Shown: in pieces, positions 20,463 through 29,900 of the stretch | Position numbering within the stretch: the stretch's first letter is position 1 | Layout of the letters: every line of letters begins with the position of its first letter | Assembly (NCBI GenBank): GCA_937924445.1 | Contig: CALDSX010000009.1 | Location: forward strand, 25,141-89,140 | Direction: 5' to 3' | Length of the DNA stretch: 64,000 nt | From: an uncultured Chthoniobacterales bacterium | Lineage (GTDB): Bacteria; Verrucomicrobiota; Verrucomicrobiia; Chthoniobacterales; CALDSX01 | Notes under the pieces: model-generated | What the model was told of the DNA's origin: nothing | Databases searched by the model: none | The model's input: only the letters and a program-made list of their open reading frames with translations | Position numbers and translations under genes: made by a program

Positions 20463-21178
20463 GCTGCACCCCCTCCACTGAACCTGAACTCTCCGTGGTC
20501 ATCCCGCTTTTTAACGAGGAGGACAACGTTACTCTGTTGCAGGATGAGATTGAGCGTGTGTTAAATGGCATCGATTACGAACTCGTGCTGGTGGACGACG
20601 GATCGCAAGATCAAACTGTCGCGCGTATTCGTCGCGACAAACGAACGCGCCTGATCAGATTTGAAAAGAACGCCGGACAAAGTGCGGCCATGTTCGCTGG
20701 TATTCACGCCGCGAAAGGTCGGGTGATCGCTCTGCTCGATGGGGACTTGCAAAACGATCCTGCAGAAATCCCCGCAATGCTCGCCCGAATTAACTCAGGT
20801 GAGGCTGACCTCGTCTGTGGCTACCGAGCGAAACGCAAAGACACGTGGTCCAAGCGCATAACCAGCCGGGTGGCGAACTTCATCCGCAGCCGCTTTATTG
20901 GTGACGGCATTCGTGATACCGGCTGCACGCTCAAAGTCATGAAACGGGAGTGCCGCCAAATGCTCATCCCTTTCTATGGAATGCACCGCTTTATCCCTGC
21001 TCTCATCAAAGGTGGCGGTTATCGCATCGTGGAGATGCCTGTCAATCACCGCGCACGCCATTCTGGTGTCAGCAAATACGGGTTCAGCAACCGCGCTCTC
21101 AAAGCGACCGTTGACATGTTTGGCGTCGCCTGGCTGCTCTCCCGACAGGTCCGTTACCGCGTTATTCTTGAAGAGTGA
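20459..21178 (+). CDS. GT2 polyprenyl-phosphate glycosyltransferase (ArnC/GtrB/DPM1-like)
   Basis: LSVVIPLFNEEDNV, LVDDGSQDQT and DGDLQNDP (DXD). 239 aa. The start overlaps the upstream GT39 stop (ATGA). Confidence 0.85.
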   Translation: MSCTPSTEPELSVVIPLFNEEDNVTLLQDEIERVLNGIDYELVLVDDGSQDQTVARIRRDKRTRLIRFEKNAGQSAAMFAGIHAAKGRVIALLDGDLQNDPAEIPAMLARINSGEADLVCGYRAKRKDTWSKRITSRVANFIRSRFIGDGIRDTGCTLKVMKRECRQMLIPFYGMHRFIPALIKGGGYRIVEMPVNHRARHSGVSKYGFSNRALKATVDMFGVAWLLSRQVRYRVILEE

Positions 21179-21207
21179 TTTGCTTTTCAGGTCGCCCACT
21201 TTTTGCC

Positions 21208-21813
21208 ATGAACATGACCGTTGCCAACTGGATCACCGTTGCTAGGATCCTACTGATCCCCGTGTTTGTGACTTCTGCGGTCTACTATGGAACTAGCTTG
21301 CAGGAGGGGGCCCCTCAGGAATGGTATCGTTTAGTTGCTATCTTCGCATTTATTTTCGCCGCCGTGAGTGACGCTTTGGACGGTTTTGTGGCACGAAAAT
21401 TCAAACAATTCTCGGCACTGGGGCGCATACTGGATCCCATCGCTGACAAAGGACTCCTTCTCGCTGCCGTTGTCACTCTCAGCTTCAGCAAATGGCATTA
21501 TCAACTCCCACTCTGGTTTGTCATCCTCGTAGTTAGCCGCGATCTTGTCATCATACTTGGTTTTGCTGTCCTTCACTACCTCGCGGGACGCTTCGAAGTC
21601 CATCCTCGTTTCCTCGGCAAAGCTTGCACAGCGTCGCAAATGATTTCAGTCACCCTCGTGTTACTTCAGACACCTCACGCACCGGAGCTTATCTATGACA
21701 TCCCCGTTTACATTGCTGCCGTGCTGACAGTTCTTTCGGGACTCGACTACATTCGAGACGGCATACGCCGTCTTAACACCCATGGCTTGGCTTCGTCGGA
21801 GGAAAGGCGGTGA
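21208..21813 (+). CDS. pgsA: CDP-alcohol phosphatidyltransferase (phosphatidylglycerophosphate synthase-like)
   Basis: CDP-alcohol motif DALDGFVARKFKQFSALGRILDPIADK. The track ORF opens at 21175. The Met of MNMTVANWITVARILLIP at 21208 is the typical N-terminus. Confidence 0.85.
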   Translation: MNMTVANWITVARILLIPVFVTSAVYYGTSLQEGAPQEWYRLVAIFAFIFAAVSDALDGFVARKFKQFSALGRILDPIADKGLLLAAVVTLSFSKWHYQLPLWFVILVVSRDLVIILGFAVLHYLAGRFEVHPRFLGKACTASQMISVTLVLLQTPHAPELIYDIPVYIAAVLTVLSGLDYIRDGIRRLNTHGLASSEERR

Positions 21814-23291
21814 TGAATTGTAAACAACCAAGGTCGGATGCAACCTCCCGGCCTGATTCACCTTACCAGGCACTTTCTAACCCGGCTCAGGAAACCACGC
21901 ATCCCGTCGTTGCCATTATTGGCAGACCGAATGTTGGCAAGTCAGCCCTCTTCAATCGCCTTGCAAAACGACGGATCGCCATCGTCCATGACCAGCCCGG
22001 TGTGACCAGGGATCGGATCGAGGCAGTTTGCACCGTTGGAGCCAGGAAAGTTTTGGTCCTAGATACGGGAGGAATCGCCGGAACCCTCTCGGACGATTTT
22101 GCCAAGTCCATTGAGCGCGAAGCAGATATTGCTATCGGCATCGCTTCCGTCATACTATTCGTTGTGGATGCCAAAGACGGGGTCACCCCGTCGGATTCAT
22201 TTGTTGCTGACAAGCTTCGCAAGGCTCTCTGCCCCGTTATTCTCGTGGTCAATAAGGTCGATGTCCAAGCACATGAACATCGCGCCAGCGAATTCGCCAC
22301 ACTCGGCTTTGAGCACACGGTTACCGTCAGTGCTGCACACGGACGTGGCATGCCGCACCTTGTCGGCATCCTTAGCGCACTTCTACCGGAACCCCCGCCT
22401 CTCCTCCACCAGCTGGAACCGGACGAAAACGGATTTGATAAGATTGCCGAAAGAACGGCCCTTCCCCTCCGCATTGCGATCGTCGGCAAACCCAACGCCG
22501 GTAAATCGTCCCTGACCAACGCTCTCCTCAACGAACAGCGCACCATTGTCAGCCACATTGCCGGAACCACTCGTGACGCCGTGGACATCCCTTGCCGTAT
22601 CGGCGGACGTGAGGCCATTCTGATTGACACTGCGGGTCTGCGTCACCGCCGCAAACACCGCACCTCTGTCGAGGTTTTCAGCGCGATGCGTGCTGAAGAG
22701 AGCATCCACCGCGCCGATCTCTGTCTTCTCGTCGTGGACCTCACCGAGAGGGTCACTGTTCAGGACAAAAAAATCGGTCAGCTCATCCAGGAAGCCGCCC
22801 GACCGGTCATCGTCGCGGCAGGAAAATTCGACCTGGTCAAACCCTCACTTGCTCCCGGCCAGCATAAGGAACTTTGCCGGGCCCTTTCAGCCGACCTTTT
22901 TTTCCTCGAATACGCCCCCGTTGTGCTTCTCTCGGCCAAGACCGGCGAAAACATCCCCCGGCTGGTGCGCGAAATTTGGAGTGTCGCCGCTGCCGCCCGC
23001 CGAAGGGTTTCTACAGGTAAACTCAACCGTCTCCTGCAAGAAATCCAAACCTCAAACCCACCTCCGCTCAAAGGCAACCGCCGTCTGAAAATTCTCTATG
23101 GCACCGCTCTGAACCACTCCTCCACAGGAACACTCCCTGTGCCCGTCTTCGTTCTATTCGTCAACGACCCTTCGTTGATGTCCGACACCTACCGACGTTT
23201 CCTGGAAGGCCGCATCCGCGAAATCGAACCTTACCCAGGTGTTCCCCTCCAATTTCGCCTCCGCGGGCGTAGCTCAGATTCTCGGCCGTAA
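21810..23291 (+). CDS. der: Ribosome-associated GTPase Der (EngA)
   Basis: Two GTPase domains with G1 loops GRPNVGKSALFNRL and GKPNAGKSSLTNAL, plus a KH-like C-terminus. The start overlaps the pgsA stop. Confidence 0.95.
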   Translation: MMNCKQPRSDATSRPDSPYQALSNPAQETTHPVVAIIGRPNVGKSALFNRLAKRRIAIVHDQPGVTRDRIEAVCTVGARKVLVLDTGGIAGTLSDDFAKSIEREADIAIGIASVILFVVDAKDGVTPSDSFVADKLRKALCPVILVVNKVDVQAHEHRASEFATLGFEHTVTVSAAHGRGMPHLVGILSALLPEPPPLLHQLEPDENGFDKIAERTALPLRIAIVGKPNAGKSSLTNALLNEQRTIVSHIAGTTRDAVDIPCRIGGREAILIDTAGLRHRRKHRTSVEVFSAMRAEESIHRADLCLLVVDLTERVTVQDKKIGQLIQEAARPVIVAAGKFDLVKPSLAPGQHKELCRALSADLFFLEYAPVVLLSAKTGENIPRLVREIWSVAAAARRRVSTGKLNRLLQEIQTSNPPPLKGNRRLKILYGTALNHSSTGTLPVPVFVLFVNDPSLMSDTYRRFLEGRIREIEPYPGVPLQFRLRGRSSDSRP

Positions 23292-23360
23292 CCGCAAGCT
23301 CGGCTGGGGAATGCGTTTGCTTGCTCCTGTTAGCTTGTTGCTCTCTCGAATGACGTCTGA

Positions 23361-24185
23361 TCAGCCACCGACTCGAACGGAAATCTGGTTGTCAAATCCA
23401 ATCCACACAGACGCAAACTCCCGTGCCAACTGCTCTGCACGGGCAAGGGCCGAGGCGCGCGTTTCAACCCCCAACCTCTCATACAAGCGGATGGTATGCT
23501 CCTTGACCGTTGGCACGCTCAGCCCAAGGATGCTCGCTGTTTCATCAAGAGTCTTGCCCATCGCAAACCAGCGCAACACATCCTCCTGGCGGGGTGTGAG
23601 TCCTGCCAACTCCAAAACACCTCTTTTTTGAAGCAACGACCGCCAGTCCGATACCTGCCGCGCTAACCAGAAAGCGTTGCGAAAATGCGGCTGCAGTATC
23701 TGAAGCTGCTCACGCTGGGCAATTCGGAATTCCCCAGTTTGCCGCTCCAGGCCGATAAAAATTTCTTCATCCCCTGCCCGGCCGACATAAACTGCAGCAT
23801 GATCAGAAAGACCAGCCTTCTGGAACCCTTCCCGAAAAACCGGCATTTCGACAAAACACCTTCTCGCGAGGAAATCCCCCCGTATAAAAGCGCGGCCACA
23901 GTTGAAGGTCGGGTCGAAATTGAAACAAGGATGCTCACGAAAATGGCGGCCAAAGCCCTCCACGCCATCCGATGCCCCCTCAAAAACGGTATCAAAATCC
24001 ACAGTCAACCGTTTTGTCTTACTATTCCACCCAGCGAACGTCACAATGTCGCACCCCACACTGGTTCGGAGCAACCGTGCCACACGCTCTTTCACCGTAA
24101 AGACGTCCAGACCTTGATCATACAAATCTGCAAGAAGTCGCGTTAATTTTTCAAAACTAATTTTCACACACAAAGAAGTGAACAA
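23361..24185 (-). CDS. LuxR-family transcriptional regulator (unassigned N-terminal sensor domain + C-terminal HTH)
   Basis: C-terminal LTPRQEDVLRWFAMGKTLDETASILGLSVPTVKEHTIRLYERLGV is a GerE/LuxR HTH. I could not assign the roughly 190-aa N-terminal domain. Confidence 0.85.
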   Translation of the reverse strand: MFTSLCVKISFEKLTRLLADLYDQGLDVFTVKERVARLLRTSVGCDIVTFAGWNSKTKRLTVDFDTVFEGASDGVEGFGRHFREHPCFNFDPTFNCGRAFIRGDFLARRCFVEMPVFREGFQKAGLSDHAAVYVGRAGDEEIFIGLERQTGEFRIAQREQLQILQPHFRNAFWLARQVSDWRSLLQKRGVLELAGLTPRQEDVLRWFAMGKTLDETASILGLSVPTVKEHTIRLYERLGVETRASALARAEQLAREFASVWIGFDNQISVRVGG

Positions 24186-24397
24186 TCACACGATTGAGGT
24201 TTCTGCGTGTTGCCATATCCCGGAAAAGATCTCTCACCCATCCAAAAGTAGGGTACTAAAAATAAGAAATTCATTTTATGATTCAAATCAACACACAATA
24301 ACGGACACGTGCTCCGTTCGAACTTGCAAAGCTCAGTTCTGTCGTCCGTTGTCATCCTGAACCAAAACTCTGTATCCATCGCCACACACAAATCCAA

Positions 24398-26557
24398 ATG
24401 AAGACAAAAATCCTTTCTGTGTTTGTTGCCATCCAACTGCTCTTTTGTGCGGCACTTCACGCCGGTGGCCTTGCTCCTGACGATGGAGGTGCCAACGACT
24501 ATTTCGGTTGGAGCGTTTCCCTATCCGGCAACCAGGCAGTGACAGGAGCCTATGCAAATGACAGCTCTCCCGGATTTGATCAGGGGGCAGCCTACATCTT
24601 CCGCAACGTTGACACCGCCGGCACAGGCTACACTACGGAGGACTTGAGGCTCATCACTTCCGATGCCGCCAATCAAGACCAACTCGGCGTTTCCGTTGCC
24701 ATTTTTGGGACCAACGCGGTGGTGGGAGCATACGGGCACGATTCTGGCGGCACCGATCGCGGTGCAGCCTACATCTTTCGCAACATCAACACAGGGAGCG
24801 GCAACAAAACGCAGGATCTCAAATTGACCGCTTCTGACGGACTCGACGGTGATTACCTTGGCATAGCGGTTGGCATCTCTGGCAACCTCGCCATCGCCGG
24901 AGCCCAAGGCCATCTTGTGAATAAGGGAGCCGCTTATCTCTACCGAGATATCGACACGGCTACCGGCAACAAGACCGAGGATCTTAAACTCCTCGCCTCC
25001 GACGGCGCAGCCAACGACGCCTTCGGGCGTTACTTGTCCCTCTCCGGCACCATCGCCATCGTTGGCGCTTACACCCATGACCTCTCTGGTGGATTTGACC
25101 AGGGCGCAGCCTATATCTTCAGAAATCTTGACTCCGGCTCCGGCACAAAATCCGAGGACCTAAAACTCCTCGCCTCCGATGCGGCCAATCAAGATCAATT
25201 TGGTGCCTCGGTCAGCATCTCTGGCATTAACGCCCTCGTCGGAGCCTACGCCCACGACACGGGCGGCACCGACCGAGGAGCGGCTTACCTCTTTCGCACT
25301 GTTAACACTGGCAGCGGGAACAAAACTCAAGATCTCAAACTCACGGCCTCTGACGGCACGGACTACGACAACCTGGGTATAGCCGTTAGCCTCTCCGGCC
25401 ACACCGCAATTGTGGGTGCGGATGGTGACGATATCGGCTCGAATGCCAATCAAGGGAGTGCTTACATTTACCGCAACCTCGATACCGGCTCGGGCATTCG
25501 CACAGAAGATGTGAAAGTTTACGCCTCCGACGGCAGCTCGGGTGACAGCTTCGGTCGCTCCGTGGCACTCGACGGAGACACATTCGTCGTAGGTTCCCCT
25601 TTCGGCAGTCTGACAGGCAAGGCTTACACTGGGAGTGTCAGTGCACTGACCACGCTTAATGACGGCGACGCTTACCGTGAAATTGGCCTCATCAGCTTTG
25701 AATCCCGCACTGATTGGATTATTGGCAACACAACTTCCAACAACACCGTCAAACTCTCTGCGGGCGATACCGCCACTATAACGGCCCCGAGCAAATTGGT
25801 CCGGATCGGCGTTGGCTCATTCGCCTTTTCCAACACACTAATCATTGACGGCACCCTCAACGCGAACCAGATCGAAGTTGGTGCTAGCGAGAATGGCGGC
25901 AACGCTCTTTTTGTCAACGGCGTGGTCAACGCCCCGGTCAATGTCAATTTCGCTTCTCTTTTAGGTGGCACAGGAATCGTCAACGGCACAGTGCAGCTCA
26001 AGGATTCCGCCACTGTCTCCCCAGGCAATAGTATAGGAACCTTGACAACCGGGAGTAACATTTGGGAGGAGCACGCCGAATTTAATCTGGAATTTAAAAC
26101 CGACGGCACCGGCACAGCAGGCATAGAATGGGATTTTCTCTCTATCCTCGGTTCGTTGACAATTAATGCGACCTCATCAGGTCCATTTATCCTCAATCTT
26201 TTCACCATGAGTAACTCCACAACGCAGGGTATGCTTTCTTCATGGGATCCGAACGTTAACCACACCTGGGCCGGCTTTGTGCAGACCACCGGCGGGATTA
26301 CAGGGTTTGCAATAGATAAATTTACCATAGACACCAGCAACTTTCTCAATCCGATCAATGGCGACTTCACTCTGGCTCTCAACGGAAATAACCTCGATCT
26401 TGTTTACACAGCGGTTCCGGAGCCCGGCACAATGGCGCTTTTTAGCTTGGTCGCCATCCCAGCAGTCCTACGACGTCTTCGCAGCCAACGGCAGTTTTCC
26501 CAAGGCGGGGCGAACCTTGGCCATGCGAAAAAACAGTCGGAGGCGATCCCTCGCTAA
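24398..26557 (+). CDS. Secreted seven-blade FG-GAP-like beta-propeller protein with beta-strand-repeat region and PEP-CTERM sorting signal
   Basis: Signal peptide MKTKILSVFVAIQLLFCAALHA. Seven repeats of the form D.FG.SV..SG..A.VGA...D....GAAY.FR. SPGNSIGTLTTG motif. C-terminal VPEPGTMALFSLVAIPAVLRRLR is a PEP-CTERM anchor (PEP, TM helix, Arg cluster). Confidence 0.85.
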   Translation: MKTKILSVFVAIQLLFCAALHAGGLAPDDGGANDYFGWSVSLSGNQAVTGAYANDSSPGFDQGAAYIFRNVDTAGTGYTTEDLRLITSDAANQDQLGVSVAIFGTNAVVGAYGHDSGGTDRGAAYIFRNINTGSGNKTQDLKLTASDGLDGDYLGIAVGISGNLAIAGAQGHLVNKGAAYLYRDIDTATGNKTEDLKLLASDGAANDAFGRYLSLSGTIAIVGAYTHDLSGGFDQGAAYIFRNLDSGSGTKSEDLKLLASDAANQDQFGASVSISGINALVGAYAHDTGGTDRGAAYLFRTVNTGSGNKTQDLKLTASDGTDYDNLGIAVSLSGHTAIVGADGDDIGSNANQGSAYIYRNLDTGSGIRTEDVKVYASDGSSGDSFGRSVALDGDTFVVGSPFGSLTGKAYTGSVSALTTLNDGDAYREIGLISFESRTDWIIGNTTSNNTVKLSAGDTATITAPSKLVRIGVGSFAFSNTLIIDGTLNANQIEVGASENGGNALFVNGVVNAPVNVNFASLLGGTGIVNGTVQLKDSATVSPGNSIGTLTTGSNIWEEHAEFNLEFKTDGTGTAGIEWDFLSILGSLTINATSSGPFILNLFTMSNSTTQGMLSSWDPNVNHTWAGFVQTTGGITGFAIDKFTIDTSNFLNPINGDFTLALNGNNLDLVYTAVPEPGTMALFSLVAIPAVLRRLRSQRQFSQGGANLGHAKKQSEAIPR
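24464..25648 (+). repeat. Seven tandem coding repeats (55-64 aa each; the seventh is shorter) forming the propeller blades
   Basis: Blade boundaries counted from the translation: aa 23-86, 87-144, 145-199, 200-258, 259-316, 317-375, 376-417. Blades 1/4, 2/5 and 3/6 are the most similar pairs. Confidence 0.85.
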
Positions 26558-26922
26558 ATTGTGCGTCTTGGGCGCTGGGCAGCACAAATTTGGCAACAGT
26601 TGGTTCGGCAGAAGATTTTCAAAGCGCCACGGCTTTAGTGCAGCCCCGGAATACACAGAATTGGTGGAACGACAGCATTCCGTGAAAGAGCAACTGCCGA
26701 GGTCAGGGGTGAATGCAGATCAGGTCGGTTGCCCGCTCTACCACCGCACCGGTTTGATCGGCAGGGCGGTAGAGCCATTAACCTTCAGGCTGAGGTAAAT
26801 TCTCGAAGAAATAGTGTTGTCTCGCCAAAATGTCACCTCACCGGTCAGACGTATCGACCTTGGTCAGGTGAGCCACCTTCTGAGGCGGATATTTTGCCCT
26901 TGAGAAATCGCTTTGACAGATC

Positions 26923-26949
26923 GGCTTCTGTTTAGAAACCTCTTTTTAT
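26923..26949 (+). terminator. Candidate Rho-independent terminator (plus strand)
   Basis: GGCTTCT gttt AGAAACC is a 7-bp stem with one C-A mismatch on the plus-strand RNA. On the minus strand that position is a G-U pair. It is followed by TCTTTTTAT. It lies 30 nt beyond the nrdJ stop and about 365 nt beyond the PEP-CTERM gene stop. Confidence 0.35.
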
Positions 26950-26971
26950 GGTCTCCCTATTTGCGGATGCG

Positions 26972-29900
26972 TTAAGAGCAACCTTGGCTGGTGCCGCATT
27001 CGGTGCAAACGCCGCAAGCTCCGGCGCGGATGACCTTGTCACTGCCACAGTTTGAACAAGTGACGTGCATATACATGCTGCTCATGACGTTTTTCACACG
27101 GTCAGCATAGCTATGTCCGGAGGTGTCGGTGCCTTCAGAATTGCCTTCGTGGGTGAGAACTTCTATTACGCTCCGTTCGCCGGTGCGGGGCAATTCGGGC
27201 ACCGGTCGGTTGATAGCTTTTTTATCCATCTCAGCGATCTCCTTCATCGCCAGTTCTGGTTGGTGATGTTTTGGCGAGATAGATTCCTTATAGCCGGGGA
27301 TGAATTGGCAACCGAGCCAGCGGAAGACGTAATCAGTAATACTGAATGCGTTTCGGATGTCAGGATTCTTGGTATAGCCGCTGGGTTCGAAGCGTTGATA
27401 GGCGAATTTCTTCACGAGACTTTCCAAAGGCACCCCGTATTGGAGGGCAAGAGAAGTGAGTGTTGCGACGGTGTCCATGAGGCCGCCGATGGTGCTTCCT
27501 TCTTTGGCCATTTGAATAAAGAGCTCTCCTGGTGTGCTGTCTTCGTAGAGGCCAACAGTGATGTACCCTTCGTGTCCTGCAATCTCAAATTTATGCGTTA
27601 GGGAGAGTCGGGTTTCAGGCATCCGACGGCGCACAGGACGTTCGGCAGCCTGTTTGAGGAGCGCAATTTGGCTCTCGAGTTCCGCGATGCGAGCGACCAG
27701 AGATTCCTCTTGCTGCCCGGAGCCCATGTCTTTGGTCTTGCGATTTTGCACTGGCTGCGACCGTTTTGATCCGTCACGATAGATCGCAACACACTTTAAA
27801 CCCAATTGCCATGCCTCGATGTAGGTGTTTTTAATCTCCTCCACCGTGGCTGACTCCGGCATGTTGACAGTTTTTGAAATTGCACCACTGAGAAAAGGTT
27901 GTGCTGCAGCCATCATTTTCAAATGTCCGCGGTAGTGGAGGCTGCGTGAGCCGCGGGCTGGTTTGAAGGCACAATCAAAGACATGCAGATGCTCGGGCTT
28001 GAGCCCGCTTTTGATGATGTGTGTGGTGCCATCGTCGGATTTTTCGACCGCATCTTCGATGGTATCGAATTTGTCAATGTGCGCGATGATGGCCTGAATT
28101 TTCTCTTCGGAATACCCCAGGGCCTGCAATCCCGGGCGGACAGTTTGGTTTACGATTTTGAGCATGCCGCCACCGGCGAGCAGTTTATATTTCACCAAGG
28201 CGATTTCTGGCTCGATGCCTGTCGTGTCGCAATCCATGAGAAAACCGATCGTGCCTGTGGGAGCCAAAACGGTCACCTGGGCATTTCGGTAGCCGTAGTG
28301 GTCGCCGAGTCGAATCGCCTGATCCCACACTTTGCGGCCGGCGTTTTTGATGAAACCAAACCGCGACGAGGTGTTGATGTTTTCGACTGCTTCACGGTGC
28401 AGGTGCATGACTTCCCGCATCGATTCCACATTGCTGGGGGCAGATGGGTTGGGCGTTCCGTAGCAGCGTGCGTCATGATAGCCGGGAAAGGCCCCCATCG
28501 CTGCGGCAATTCTTGCGCTTTGAGTGTAGGCTTCTCCTGTCATGACGGCAGTGATCGCGCCCGCCAAAGCTCGGGCTTCGTCGCTGTCGTAACCCAGGCC
28601 GTAGCTCATGATGAGTGAGCCGAGATTGGCGTAACCAAGACCGAGCGTGCGGAAAATGTGGCTGTTTTCAGCAATCTCCCTTGTCGGGTAAGAGGCGTTG
28701 TCCACAATGATTTCCTGGGCGGTGATCAGAATGCGGACGGCTCTCTTGAAGCGTTCTACGTCGAATGTCCCGTCGTCCTTCTTGAACTTAAGGAGATTTA
28801 TCGAGGCGAGATTGCAGGCGGTGTTGTCAAGGAAGAGATACTCCGAGCATGGATTTGTGCTGTTTTGACGTCCGGTGCCTTTGCAGGTATGCCACTTGTG
28901 AATCGTCGAATCGAACTGCATTCCTGGGTCGCCACAAATCCATGTACCTTCGGCGATCTTGCTGAGCAGTGCGCTGGCGTTTTTCCTTTCGCACGGCTGA
29001 CGATCTGTGACCCGACGAGTCCAGTAATCTTCGCCTTTGATGGCCGCTTCCATGAACTCATCACTGGCACGGACAGAGAGATTTTCATTCTGATACATGA
29101 TCGAACCATAGGCTTCCCCGTTAAAACTACCGTCATAACCCTGCTCGATCAGCGCCCAAGCTTTTCGTTCTTCTTTTGCTTTGGCTTCGATAAATTCCTC
29201 GATATCGGGATGCCAGTCTTTGAGGGTATTCATCTTGGCCGCGCGACGAGTTTTGCCACCACTTTTGACGACGTTAGCAACCTGGTCATAGACTTTCAGG
29301 AATGAAAGCGGGCCGCTGGGTCGCCCGCCGCCGCTGAGCTTTTCCCGCGTCGAACGAAGGGTAGAAAGGTCTGTGCCAGTGCCACTCCCAAACTTAAAAA
29401 GCATCGCTTCACTTGTGGCCAGTCGCATGATGTCTTCCATAGAATCCTCGACTGATTGAATGAAGCAGGCGCTGGCCTGAGGGTATTCATACTGCGTCGG
29501 GGCGCGTTCGGCCTGTTTGCTTGCGCGGTTGTAAAACCAATTTCCGCGTCCGGCGTCTTTGCCCACGCTGTACTGTTGCCACAAACCGACGTTGAACCAA
29601 ACAGGACTATTGAACGCCGCATGCTGGTGAAGGCAGAGCCAGGTCAGATCTTTGTAAAAAGCTTCGCTGTCAGCGATCCCGGCAAAATAACCATCCTCAA
29701 GGCCCCAATCGGCAATCGTTCGTGTCACACGGTGAATGAGCTGACGGACCGAGGATTCGCGCCCGCCCTTGTAGGGGTCAGTGCCATTGGCGATGTCCCC
29801 GTAAAAGTACTTGGACACCGCAATCTTAGTGGCCAACTCACTCCAAGTGGTCGGCACCTCGACATTTTCCTGTTTGAAGATTACTTTGCCCGAGTCGTCA

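Noticed and set aside
26734-26775. A tRNA-like string (GGTGGTAGAGC on the minus strand, resembling a D-arm) in the spacer after the PEP-CTERM gene.
   Set aside because: No matching GCTC D-stem partner at the right distance, no GTTCRAnnC T-loop, and no acceptor stem could be built on either strand.
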